Counted from the whole stretch's first letter, positions 12,023 through 23,815 are shown. The stretch: 63,302 bases of DNA, filler included, from Globobulimina sp. (GCA_003354225.1; 40 parts of 40 records of this genome joined end to end with filler, not necessarily neighbours in it), one strand, 5' to 3'. The notes: generated by a model not told the origin, from the letters alone. Translations and numbers: made by a program.

Positions 12023-12588
12023 ATGTCTGCTATAAACTTTGTGAAGAAATTACAATGTGGTGTTGTTGGAAAAGGTGCGATGGGTCTTCCATTTGTTCAT
12101 GGTTTGCATAAAGAAGGACATAACGTACGAATCATTTCAAAATCATCCAACATTCTGCAATGTGATATAAAATACTATCCAATGAGCAGTGAGATGGAAA
12201 TATCTCGTAACATTCCACTTGTATATATTGATGACCATAACAATAATAACGACACGTACAATATCGATGAAACATTTGATGTAATCATTATTCCAACTAA
12301 ATCATTCCAAATAACAACAGTATTAAAGCAATTAAATGCAAAAAATTGGTTTCAAAATTCATCCAAATATCCAGTTATTATATTATTTCACAATGGAATT
12401 GTGCCATGGTCCCAAATTACGGCAAATATTAATTCGACATTTCCGATTCAAAATATTATTGCTGGTATAACATCGCATGCAAATGCAAGATGTGACGATG
12501 ACAATGAGTTTACAATCCGGCAAAGAGGAATTGGTAAAACATGGATTGGACATAGGACAGAACAAAGCATTGAAAATATTGAGAAATT
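12023..12588 (+). CDS. Ketopantoate reductase (ApbA/PanE family), 3'-partial
   Basis: VVGKGAMG Rossmann motif, DVIIIPTKS.Q, ILFHNG, IIAGITSH. The ORF-track start at 11954 overlaps the Nudix gene; likely start is 12023. Confidence 0.8.
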
Positions 12589-12690
12589 NNNNNNNNNNNN
12601 NNNNNNNNNNNNNNNNNNNNNNNNNNNNNNNNTTAATTAATTAANNNNNNNNNNNNNNNNNNNNNNNNNNNNNNNNNNNNNNNNNNNNTA

Positions 12691-13611
12691 TTACCACATT
12701 CAATGAAAATTATTTCATTTCTAAAGGAGATAAAGCTGAATTTTTCGCATTTGACAGAAGTGCATCTTACGTCAAGTCAAATCAGTAAAATATTCCATTT
12801 ATTTATCTCTTCTAAATATAAATTATTACAACAACACAAACATAACCGGACAATTTCGGACTTAATTTTCAACATTGATCAGAATTTCATGACCTTACAA
12901 GCCGCGATAAATTATTTTAACAATGATTGTTTGTGGGATATCCGTGACAATCATTGGTTTAATACATGTGAGAAATATTTTTATTATAAATCAAATTGTA
13001 AATACTTAGGATTTGAACAATATGCAGCACAAAAAATAAACAAAGGCAAAATTATTTTATGGGCGCATAATTCACATGTTTGTAATGCGTATTTTACAAA
13101 TTATACACATTCAAATATTGGCTCAATGTTAAAAAATAAATATGGACAGCGATGTGTGTTTACAATTTGTTTGGACTCGTTTAAAGGCACTGTGACGGCG
13201 ACAAAAAAAAGAAACCAATGGGCACAATTTTATACAATGAATGAAAATGTAAATGAAAGTTTTGGCAAATTGTTTAATGATATTTGCACCAAATGGAAGG
13301 AAAATAATTTAATGATATTTTTACCGAACGGTATTAATAAAATGATGGAGATGGAAATCAAAATTAAACCAAAATATTTTGTAAATGTTGCAGAGATTGA
13401 AAAGAAAACAAAAATCCGAGATATCGGAGTGTGTTATGTAGACTCCAGTGCTTATTATCATTGTTCGAATGGGAATATGTTACAAATTGCAGATGTTATG
13501 ATATTTATTAATATATCCAATGCATTGGAACCGTTTGAATGCGACAAACACAAAGATTGGGATAAAAATAGGAAAATATGGCTATTACAAAATAATAACA
13601 TTATTAAATAA
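12691..13611 (+). CDS. Erythromycin-esterase (Ere) family protein, C-terminal half
   Basis: WDIRDNHW, KIILWAHNSHV, NIG.ML..KYG, GTVTA, R.IGV.Y, AD.+IFI....AL.P. Confidence 0.85.
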   Translation, partial: LPHSMKIISFLKEIKLNFSHLTEVHLTSSQISKIFHLFISSKYKLLQQHKHNRTISDLIFNIDQNFMTLQAAINYFNNDCLWDIRDNHWFNTCEKYFYYKSNCKYLGFEQYAAQKINKGKIILWAHNSHVCNAYFTNYTHSNIGSMLKNKYGQRCVFTICLDSFKGTVTATKKRNQWAQFYTMNENVNESFGKLFNDICTKWKENNLMIFLPNGINKMMEMEIKIKPKYFVNVAEIEKKTKIRDIGVCYVDSSAYYHCSNGNMLQIADVMIFINISNALEPFECDKHKDWDKNRKIWLLQNNNIIK

Positions 13612-13860
13612 CAAACAATTAACAATAGCATAGAGTGTGTTGCATATATTTTAGTGTAAATGTTTTTGTTGTTATGATTGATTTATCTCATACACAATAT
13701 TATTTATTTAATTTTAATTGTTCAGTGTTCAGTAACTGCGGAATTGTTTATAAAAAAAATTTTTAGTAACTTGAAAAACAGTAATTCCATCCTTCCACCT
13801 TACTTCTAGGTTCTAGCCAACTTATTAACGCATAGTATAATTACAAGCAGTGGTTCGAGA

Positions 13861-14174
13861 ATGTCCTGGGAAAATTACGTAACAGCAACGACACAGCTCG
13901 GCTTCTCCAAAGTGACACTTATCGCTCGCGCCAATTACCAAGTCATTGCAAAGACGTCGCCCGCCGATATTCCCATCGCATGGAAAGACGGTGATAAGCA
14001 AATAAATGAGAATCAAGAATTATTAGACAATTGGACCGATGTAAAAAAAGGAGTTTTTTGCTTTTATGGCAAGAAATTTAACATAATTTTAAGAGAGCCC
14101 GATGATGATGAAAATTGTGCCATTGTTTGTGCCCAAGGCAATGAAATATGTCTTGCGAGACAATTTAAATCAAT
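13861..14174 (+). CDS. Divergent profilin (3'-partial)
   Basis: MSWENYV N-terminus; INENQEL; G.F.F.GKKFNII. Confidence 0.75.
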
Positions 14175-14530
14175 NNNNNNNNNNNNNNNNNNNNNNNNNN
14201 NNNNNNNNNNNNNNNNNNTTAATTAATTAANNNNNNNNNNNNNNNNNNNNNNNNNNNNNNNNNNNNNNNNNNNNGGATAATAATGGAGATTGCATTGGAG
14301 ATATCGCACCGTGTGTGTTACCGTCTGACGCAGACCTTTCGCCATGGTCGGAATTTTGTGGGTATTTGATTTGTATACCAAGTAAGTTAACAATCAATTG
14401 ACAAACTGTTTAAATTGATGTTTAATTATTTAAATCATATTTAATAGATATCACACCCTGAAAATGTATGTTCGTGCAAAACTATCATGAATTTGTATAC
14501 ACGGCAATAGAATAGATTTTTAGTGAAAAC

Positions 14531-14641
14531 TCAAGTTTGAGCAGTTAATAATGGTGTTTTATTTCCAGCGTCATCATATGCCCAAATTCTAAAATAATAA
14601 GTAGCCCCTGGTTCTAGCCCAGTTATTGTCGTATCTGACGT
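14531..14641 (-). CDS. Fibronectin type III C-terminal half fused in frame
   Basis: TITGLEPGATYYFRIWAYDDAGN is the FN3 E-F-G strand signature. Confidence 0.7.
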   Translation of the reverse strand, partial: TSDTTITGLEPGATYYFRIWAYDDAGNKTPLLTAQT

Positions 14642-15486
14642 TCCATTATAATCCATACGGACCCAATGGAAATTTGTATCCGGCCAAATATATAACGCCA
14701 GATAATGACCATCGTCAGGTCCATCTGAATAATCTGAAAGTGAATCTCCAACAAATGTCAATCCATCCCTTTCTGCAGCAGCTACCATATCCTCGCAAGT
14801 ATTTGATGTCCATTCGTGACCGGAACCGCGTCCAGGTTGCGGGAAAGTGTTCGTAGCAATATCTGTGCCGTACGCATAACAATTGTTTTCGCGCTGATAC
14901 TGACCGGCGAAAAATCCGCAATCATCATTTTGAATATCATATTCGATTCCGATCCATGAGTCTGGCCCTACGATTGGTGCAGTACAATTTGCTTCAAATG
15001 TATTGCGTAAATCAGGTGCAGGTTTATTCAGTGTATTGATTGGATGAGTCATGTTTGCCATTTCTGCAATTCTTTCATTGATATGGACGGAGATAGTTTC
15101 TCTTAAATAAGCGAATTTTAATAATTGTTGTACGATGGCTTGCCCCTTTTGATCAGATTGTAAATATCCATTACAATTTGTTAGGTTTGACGAGATTAAT
15201 AAAGTGGCGCGATATCCCATTACATACTCTGTTTGTGTATTATGTAAACATTTAGCTCAATAGATACTAATTTGTTGTTTCCGACGATATTGTTTACTAT
15301 ATTTGCACGGAGAACAAATGAAATATCTGGTGTTCCTGATCCAGTACCGATCAATATCACTGTTGTGTTATCTTCAAATTCCGTGTTGTTTTGTAACGCT
15401 TTGATAGAATTTGATCCACTGAAAATAAGAAGATAAGAAATAGCGCATGTAATCAATTTTATGTTTGCTCTGCCAATGCCATACAT
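14642..15486 (-). CDS. Secreted papain-like-fold protein (NNCYxY..T.TF.QPG family, IMSP1-like); frameshift ~15230; 3' end replaced
   Basis: Signal peptide, SG.PD..+.L, GYR, ENNCYAYGTDIATNTFPQPGRGSG, DGL, LAL.IWP..NFHW.R.D; the expected WSHKPG motif is absent. Confidence 0.6.
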
Positions 15487-16313
15487 GCTTGATCAAAAAA
15501 TATTTAAATCGCAACCTAATTCACAGGAACACAATTAGAAGGACAAGTTTTGAAAAAAATGACCCTCCTCAATTATCCATGGCAGATGGTTGTAATGTAT
15601 TTGTGTACACTATATAATTACATACAACCTATCAACGCTTTGAGCACTCCATATTCATACAACTTTGGTGTTTATTGTATTGGTATTAACAGAAATAACA
15701 TTTTAAATAATACGCAAAAAGAAATCAATTCTGCCATTAAAAAGAAAAAACAAGTGGCAGNNNNNNNNNNNNNNNNNNNNNNNNNNNNNNNNNNNNNNNN
15801 NNNNTTAATTAATTAANNNNNNNNNNNNNNNNNNNNNNNNNNNNNNNNNNNNNNNNNNNNAGTATAAATGCTTCACTGTCCCGCCTGGATCCAGCGATGG
15901 ATCCCTTTACAATCTCGCGGGGATGTTCCAGCAATCCGTGAGCCTGGAATCAGACTTACGTCCTGATTGAATTTTGCCCCACTAGTATGAGCAGCTAAAG
16001 GTAAAACTTCCACCCTATTTCAGGACATGAGAGTGGTACCAGAGGTCTCTCCTGGTCCCAGGTATACAGAATATACACGAATTGGTTGATACAGATTTTG
16101 GCAAAAAGTACAACAGGTTCTTTAAATTTCGTTTTTTGATATTGTACGTATTTCGAGCTTATATAAAAAGCCCTTAGTAATAATATTGAACAATTAAAAT
16201 TTAAACGTCAAAAAGGAAATTCCTCATTTGCAAACAATTTGAAACAAATTGGTACAATAACAGTATAACACGAATTGTCATTTGTCAATTCTATAAACAA
16301 AGCCAAAAAGCCA

Positions 16314-17204
16314 CTAACTGCCCGATCTCCGCCTTCTCCCTCTACTCCTACTCCTACTCCTCGATGGCGTCGGTGTCCTTTTCGTTTGATAAAACGGGCT
16401 CGGAGTTTGTCTGCGCGAACTCGGACTCCTCGAATGACTCAAACTATCCTTCCGCCCTCCATAGCCGCCACCACTTAACGTGGTACTCCCCACTGGCACA
16501 TCATCCCCATTCCCATCCTCCTTTTTCACCACAACCCCATCCCCATCCTCCTCCTCCATCCCATCCCCACTGCCACTCCCGCCTCTCACCTGTGCTCTGG
16601 CCGCATTTCTGGCCGCAATGGCCGCTCTCCTCCGGTTCTGACGCGCATTCAACTCATCCTCTCTGATCTTATCGTCCGGACTCGCCGCATACCGCACAAT
16701 CAGGTCCTTCCCATGAAAGCGATACCCACTCAGTTTGCTCTTGGCCTCGGCCGCGTCGCTCAACTCATCAAACTCCACAAAGGCGAAGTTCCTCCGCACG
16801 CTCACTCTGCGCAAACCGCCATATTTGCCAAACAACTCTTCAATGTCCGCCTGCCGCACCTTATCCTCATTGAAATTCACCACGAACAGCGTGCGATTGG
16901 TGCGGTAAAACTTGCGTTCGTCCCACTTCTGGATCTCATTACTTTTCGCAAACTCCACCGTCAGCCGCACGCCTTGCCAATACATGGGATTTATGCGCCG
17001 GATGTTGCGGTCCAAGTGGCGACCCCGCAAATGCACGAAGGCGTAACTTCCTTTCATGTCGACGCGATCCACGCTCATTTTGAAGCGATGATGGTGCTTG
17101 AAAGTGTTTTCTAAGTCGGATTTCTGAATGTTGCGAGGCAAGTTGCCTACGAATACAACGCGGGACTGTGCGCTCGCGCCACGACATTGATGTTTCCCAT
17201 CCAA
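16314..17204 (-). CDS. SR splicing factor with two RRMs and an RS tail (RS31/SRSF4-like)
   Basis: VFVGNL, VDMKGSYAFV, LTVEFAK, RTLFVVNF, RRNFAFVEF, SRSRSRSRGRRR; markedly GC-rich. Confidence 0.9.
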   Translation of the reverse strand: MDGKHQCRGASAQSRVVFVGNLPRNIQKSDLENTFKHHHRFKMSVDRVDMKGSYAFVHLRGRHLDRNIRRINPMYWQGVRLTVEFAKSNEIQKWDERKFYRTNRTLFVVNFNEDKVRQADIEELFGKYGGLRRVSVRRNFAFVEFDELSDAAEAKSKLSGYRFHGKDLIVRYAASPDDKIREDELNARQNRRRAAIAARNAARAQVRGGSGSGDGMEEEDGDGVVVKKEDGNGDDVPVGSTTLSGGGYGGRKDSLSHSRSPSSRRQTPSPFYQTKRTPTPSRSRSRSRGRRRRSGS

Positions 17205-17446
17205 GGAACACCTTCTACAAAAATATCATCTCCAACACGCACCGATACATCAATTTAGCCTCCCGCATCAACAACAGCTCCATCACAATAAAATACTGCA
17301 CCAACAAATTCAGCCCAATCTACGACCACAATATCATACACCATACNNNNNNNNNNNNNNNNNNNNNNNNNNNNNNNNNNNNNNNNNNNNTTAATTAATT
17401 AANNNNNNNNNNNNNNNNNNNNNNNNNNNNNNNNNNNNNNNNNNNN

Positions 17447-18120
17447 TCAATGCGAAGAAAGTAAATTTATATCAACATTAATGCTTATTCATTAATTCAT
17501 CAATCTTGGAATTAAATACATTTTTTATTCCGCTGCACAAATAGTAATACAAATAATTGTGAGTTAGTATACAAATTGAATATGATTATTACGCAAATTT
17601 TTATTTTTTATTTGAAAATTTCATCCGTTTGGACCATCTTATACGCCTCAACCAACTGATACTGTCAAATTATTATATTATTTACACAAAACATTAATAT
17701 TATGTTACAATAAAGCGTCAAATCCACAATATTTAGTATTTAGTATTTATATAATAAAATATTCTCATTTGAAAATGCATATAATTCTGACAGAAACATT
17801 TTATTTTTATATATTTATTTATTTTTATTTACAAGAGAAACATTTCGCAATTAGATTTTTATTTATTTTTCTATTTTGAAAATAATAAAAATGTCCCACA
17901 GTAAATCCAACACAAAATCCAACAATGATAAGTTTTGATATTCAATGAGAAGCAAATTTATATTAACATGAATGTTTATTCATTAACTCATCGATCTTGG
18001 AATTAAATACAATGTTTATTCCGATGCGTAAATAGTAATACAAATAATTTTGTGAGTTATCATATAATTTGTGAAGTGATTGTTGATTTTTTATTTGAAT
18101 TTTATACGCCGCAACCAAAC
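17447..18120. repeat. Diverged direct repeat, ~495-bp period (17447-~17660 and 17941-~18120)
   Basis: Shared blocks TTATTCATTAA.TCATC.ATCTTGGAATTAAATACA, AAATAGTAATACAAATAATT and TATACGCC.CAACCAA. Confidence 0.85.
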
Positions 18121-18596
18121 AGTATTATTATTTAATTAAATATAAAGAGAGTCAATTGAATTTGATGACGAATACACTCTCAAATAAAAGTTTATAATAT
18201 ATTTTTATTCTATATTTTAGTTATTTTTACTTTTAAAACTTTCTGTATTTTACTTAAAAACCGGACTTTTATGAATTTTTATTTGAGATGTGTTTGTTTG
18301 CTATCACGTTTATGCCACGGTACTGCAGCTGGGTCTCTGTACAGCATAGAATGATACAGCCTTTCTCATTCTCGGATTTTATCCATTTTAGTACAGTGTT
18401 TTTTCGTGATTTGTTTTTTCATTTCTCTCTCTTTATATTTTGTATATAGAATACTAATATTTACTCTGCTTAAACTCTACCCACAGCACTCCATTTTTAC
18501 CCAAATGGTCGACACAGTTTAGCTCTTTTACCAAAGTGCACCGTTTCTACTAAAACGGTTTATAGTTTATATTTTTGCCTAGAAAATAAGGCGTAT

Positions 18597-18734
18597 ACAT
18601 TGCCTAAGAGATAGGTTTAAACAATGCCTAAGAGATAGGCTTAAACAGTACCTAAGAGATAGGCTAAAACATGTACTAAATAATAAATACTTTAAATAAG
18701 GTAAATAATAACATTGCCTAAGGATAGGCTTAAG
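18597..18734. repeat. 24-bp minisatellite with internal hairpin (3 tandem copies plus 1 displaced)
   Basis: ACATTGCCTAAGAGATAGGTTTAA / ACAATGCCTAAGAGATAGGCTTAA / ACAGTACCTAAGAGATAGGCTAAA; fourth copy at 18711. Confidence 0.9.
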
Positions 18735-19032
18735 CAAAAGTAATGTAAATAATGAATATAATCTCAGTTTGTTAGCGGATTTGCATACGCATATTTTATT
18801 GGAGTATACTACCTTTACTGCATTTAACATTGAAATATCTCGAACAACCTAACATTAAACGGATTTAAAAATATCCATACCAACTAATTTAAACTTGTAC
18901 CCAAGTGCACCGTTTCTACAATAATAATAAACNNNNNNNNNNNNNNNNNNNNNNNNNNNNNNNNNNNNNNNNNNNNTTAATTAATTAANNNNNNNNNNNN
19001 NNNNNNNNNNNNNNNNNNNNNNNNNNNNNNNN

Positions 19033-20466
19033 AAACGAAACAACAAATGTTATCTGTTTTAATTGCAAATTTATGACTTTTTTTCTTTGTAATTGTCCGT
19101 TTGACCAAAAATGTGTTGACTGCTCATGTGTAAATTGTACTAATTCCACCTGCTTTGATTCAGTTTGCGTGCATTCGATTGTAAGTATTCCTGAGATACT
19201 TTTCCATGATTCAATCATTGCCACAGATAATAACATTAAACCACACTGCAAAGAATTAATATTGTTATTATTAATCCCATTTGGATATAATACAATTTTC
19301 CAAGGAAGCTGCGCCAAATAAAACACATTCGACGCTACACATTCGCCTGCAATCGTATTCATTACATTTATATTCTTTATATCCCAAATATATTTTCCAT
19401 AACTTTTCATAAAAAAATCAAAAACATATGACAAACAAATATAAAATACATTAATATTAGCACCAATGTTATAATTTGCTGACTGTAAATTCCTTAAATA
19501 TCCATAAACAATAAATTTTGTCCTTTCATCCAACTGATCATGATTTAATTCAATTTTATCATCAATATCATATTCAGTATTTTCATCAGCAAATTGTTTC
19601 CAATCATTTTCAATTTTATTTTGAATTACATCCTTTCCGTTGGTATCATACTGGTGCAATACAATAATATCTGCACCAAATGTGATCAATGCGTCACCGT
19701 CGATCTCTTTAATCTGTTCAACTGACAATATACTCACAGGCTCACCGCAGACTTTTTGAGATGACTTTTTACAATAAAAGAATTCTTCAACTTTCGTCAC
19801 TTTATTATCAGTACAACTGTTATAATCGCACAAATATGTAATTTGCACCTGCAACTTTGAAACATTTGCACACAAAAAATTCAATTGAAGACATAGTAAC
19901 AATCCTAATGTTGCATTGTTGATAATCTTCAATGACCACATTTTAAAATTACTGCCAACATTCTCATCTATGTTAATTTCGCCATCATTCATCATTTTAA
20001 TTCTTTCCAACATAAAATTATTCATTTTCCATCGAACGCTCTCTTGTCGCTTGCAACTGTTCAATGGAATTTGATATAAAACTTTAATTCCTTTCGATTT
20101 TCTAATTTTCGGCAATTTCCTCTCAATTTTCAATAAAGTAATATTAACAGTAAATGTGTACAAATTTGTATATAGCACATGCTTCAATACTCGTTTTATA
20201 AATAATCCGTCACAAATATTCTCATCAGCTCTCCCATCAAACATAATTATAATAAAAGATCTGTGCAAATTACATTCTATCATCACCGAAACATAAAAAC
20301 GTTTCCATTCCGTCGGCATGGTCAAAACCGTTAACTTAATCACCCCATTTCTAGCAACTTCTGCCATAAATTTTAACTTTCCAACTCGTAACACATCGGA
20401 TAAGATGCGGTCGCGAGCACTGTCTGCAGTGCCTGCACTGCACCATTTCAATGGTTTAGCAGACAC
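19033..20466 (-). CDS. Multi-MATH/TRAF-like domain protein (partial)
   Basis: YIWDI...G..+.S..F.+..+.W.+.LYPNG; two further degenerate copies upstream. Confidence 0.6.
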
Positions 20467-20901
20467 AATCCATTCATACGTAGTGCTAAATACTTTATTT
20501 TTCCATTTATATATGTTTNNNNNNNNNNNNNNNNNNNNNNNNNNNNNNNNNNNNNNNNNNNNTTAATTAATTAANNNNNNNNNNNNNNNNNNNNNNNNNN
20601 NNNNNNNNNNNNNNNNNNGAGTCAACACAGATATTCGGTCATGTAATAAATATAATTTCTTTGGATTGTCATCATTTTTCATTTTTCAACTTCACAACTG
20701 TGTGTCACTGTCACTGTGTGTTCGCACTTAATTTAAACGAACAACATTGAAAAGTAAAGGTTTCTGCTTTTAGATCCAAACTTATTTTTATAATTATATT
20801 ACTATAAAACAAAACGCCCAAAAATATTACGAAAAAGAAGTGTTTCCATCTAAAAAGAAGTGTGACTGCCACTTTTTATGAACTGAACTGAACTGAGTGA
20901 T

Positions 20902-21837
20902 ATGGGTAAGAGAACATTGTGCATCCCACCAACAGCGCCTCTGTTATTGCTATGGTTCTTGTCACTGTTATTTCTTTGGCTGCTTATCCCGTTGTTATTT
21001 TATAGTTGTATTGAAACTGGGAAATTAAAATTTGCGCCCTTTAAAATAGTAAATCTTATCACACTTTTTGTGTTATTATTCTCTGGAATATCATGGCCAA
21101 TCCATCAAATGTTTAACTTTGAATTTTCAGGTTATTGCACTAATTTGAATGTAAAACAAATAACGGCGCCAACAGCATTGGGTTCGTATATGATATCATT
21201 AGTTTGTATTTGTTGTTGGTATTTGGTTCGATATATTGCATCATTTAAAGATTCAGAATTTTCTGTATCAACTCTAATGTCATTTATTTTGATGATGGGA
21301 ATATTAGTTCAATTTATTCCTGTTTTTCTCACCATTTCCTATCTAAAAAGTGTATGGTGGGCAATAGCCCACGAACCCGCAAATTATTTGGCAATTCAGC
21401 AAAATTTATCCATCACCTTTTCCGCATTTACTATCACGAATTTAGTGTACAACATAGCTTTGTTATGCTTATTTTTAAGAAGGATATGTGTTTTAAAACG
21501 CAAAATTAAAAAAGAAGATGTAAATAAAATATTACAGCCTTCCATCGTCTATGCACTATGTTTAACTTTATCAGTTTCGTCAACATTTATATGTCTGTTG
21601 TTTGGTATAATTAGGACACATTTTATCGAAGATACAAATGGAGTCTTTATGATACGCTCAACAATGATGTCGTGGGATATATTGATTAATGCATTGAGTA
21701 TAAATTTACAGTTTAAGAATCCACAAAAAATATGCAATAAATATGGGAAATGTTGTAAGTGTTTAATGTGTAATGATATACATATGAATAATACGAGTGA
21801 TACTAGCACTGCCACAGTGACACAGAGTACTCTTTAA
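20902..21837 (+). CDS. Seven-transmembrane GPCR-like protein
   Basis: About seven hydrophobic segments, D+.IN...+.LQF in the last helix, Cys-rich tail. Confidence 0.6.
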   Translation: MGKRTLCIPPTAPLLLLWFLSLLFLWLLIPLLFYSCIETGKLKFAPFKIVNLITLFVLLFSGISWPIHQMFNFEFSGYCTNLNVKQITAPTALGSYMISLVCICCWYLVRYIASFKDSEFSVSTLMSFILMMGILVQFIPVFLTISYLKSVWWAIAHEPANYLAIQQNLSITFSAFTITNLVYNIALLCLFLRRICVLKRKIKKEDVNKILQPSIVYALCLTLSVSSTFICLLFGIIRTHFIEDTNGVFMIRSTMMSWDILINALSINLQFKNPQKICNKYGKCCKCLMCNDIHMNNTSDTSTATVTQSTL

Positions 21838-22204
21838 AGTTTATATATATTATATTTATATTAATAGTGTAGAATCATTATAATTATGCAATCGCTTATT
21901 GTTAAAAAATCTTTTTTCGTTGAAACAGAATGTCTTTTATTCCGCACTTTTATTTCGTATACTTATTTCGTATGCTATCAAAAACTTACTTGTAACGCAT
22001 GCAGACGTGAGGAACACAAAATGTTTTTTTTTTTGTTTGAATGGCCTAAATTTATAAGGTATATTTATAGGTATATTAGGTACTCAGGACGAAATTAAAT
22101 ACATNNNNNNNNNNNNNNNNNNNNNNNNNNNNNNNNNNNNNNNNNNNNTTAATTAATTAANNNNNNNNNNNNNNNNNNNNNNNNNNNNNNNNNNNNNNNN
22201 NNNN

Positions 22205-22528
22205 ATAGTTGGCCAATGGTGATGATTAAACAAAAGAGAAATGTACATACTCCAATGTTATATTTGTCACATATTATCCCAGCAATGATTACCTGATTGT
22301 TAATATTATTAAGAAAAGAAAAAAAAGGAAAGAATAATATGTTACCATTATTATTGATGGAATATAATACACTGAGAATAATAAATTATATTCAACATCA
22401 TTTAATCCATATTCTAATTGAATTTGCATTTCAATTGCTGCTGGAGATGAGTAACAATAAAATAAACCACATTGTGAGCCACAACACAGTAATAACATAA
22501 ACCATCGTATGCTCGTTTTCTGTGACAT
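22205..22528 (-). CDS. MFSD1-like major facilitator transporter, N-terminus; intron 22293-22345
   Basis: RW..L...C....G.FYCY.SPAA+; YNLL+SVY..P.+I|..AG+I.D. Confidence 0.85.
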
Positions 22529-22830
22529 TACAAGCTAGTACGCCAAGCTGCCATAAATGCGTTTTCTGCCGCATTCGTTTCCGCTGAAATAGTTCACTGA
22601 AACAAAAAAAAATGGAGAATAAAATAAATTTAGATCACACCAAAATATGACAATACAATTAACAACAAAAAAAATCGCACTTTCATTGCATGTGCAAGGA
22701 CATAATCATAATTATGTATGTGTACATCAATCAAAATCTCTTCGTTGTGATTATCAATGAGATTTGATTTAATACGATGGCAAATACATTTGGAGTACAT
22801 CATCCATTTCATACAACCACCATTAAAAAA

Positions 22831-23034
22831 TTAAAATTGCTTTCCATACATAACAGCTGCGCCAACTTCTCCTGCTGCGTTTTTCATTGCTTCTTTGTTT
22901 TTTTTCTGTTTTCCAGTGGTTCTTTTATTTTTTTTCTTTTTTTGTTCAAATTCTTTCATTTTTTGTTCTCGTCGAGTTTGTTTTTTAGATTTCGGTTTGC
23001 TATCACAAATTCCCATGATGTCACGCGAAGACAA
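22831..23034 (-). CDS. Short basic protein
   Basis: 67-aa Lys-rich ORF; internal MGICDSK resembles an acylation start. Confidence 0.35.
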   Translation of the reverse strand: MSSRDIMGICDSKPKSKKQTRREQKMKEFEQKKKKNKRTTGKQKKNKEAMKNAAGEVGAAVMYGKQF

Positions 23035-23086
23035 TGATATGACTGTAAAACTCTGCTTGAAAACTTAACATCTTTTAACACTTTTC

Positions 23087-23690
23087 ATGGAAGCACAAAC
23101 TCCGACAGAAGGTGGAATATATGCGAGTGATTCAGACACAGAGTGCACAAGTGATGATAATGATGATGAGGGGTATGATGTGACGTCGACAATTCTTCAA
23201 TTATTATTCACCAAAATCAAAACAAGTATAATTCCATAACTATATTGTATATATTATATTCCTATATATATATAACTTACCTTTCTCCTGCAAATATAAA
23301 TCATAGGCGTTTTTTCTTTCGAGAATGCTGTGTATTCAGATATTTCTGACGATATTCATGACCAAGTTGGTAAATCATGCTGGGCAAATGCAGTTGCGAC
23401 TGGGCTACGTGCTGCCGAATCCCGCATCATTGGAAGAAAATTTAAATCACATTGTCAAGAGGTCAATGAATTGATAGAAAGATGGGGAAATGGCTGCGCA
23501 AGCACAAAGTCAGTGTTAATTGAGGAATGTCCAAAAAGACGATTAAGATTTCGTGAAGTAACCGGAAAACAAGCTGTTGAAGCAATATTGAAGAATCGAG
23601 CAGTAATATTTAGTTTTGGTTTAGATGATGCACAATGGTCAAGATTTTCTGCATTTTTTGAAGATAATCCAAATAAAGTTTTAAGACGTA
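23087..23690 (+). CDS. Papain-like (C1-type) cysteine peptidase-domain protein; intron 23226-23306; 3'-partial
   Basis: DQ.G.SCWANA motif with catalytic Gln/Cys; phase-1 GTATAA..TAG intron links an upstream ATG exon in frame. Confidence 0.6.
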
Positions 23691-23815
23691 NNNNNNNNNN
23701 NNNNNNNNNNNNNNNNNNNNNNNNNNNNNNNNNNTTAATTAATTAANNNNNNNNNNNNNNNNNNNNNNNNNNNNNNNNNNNNNNNNNNNNCAGACTCAAA
23801 CATTTAGAGATTACA

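Noticed and set aside
18597..18734. Palindromic 24-bp repeats as a CRISPR array
   Set aside because: Units are directly adjacent with no unique spacers, and no cas genes are present.
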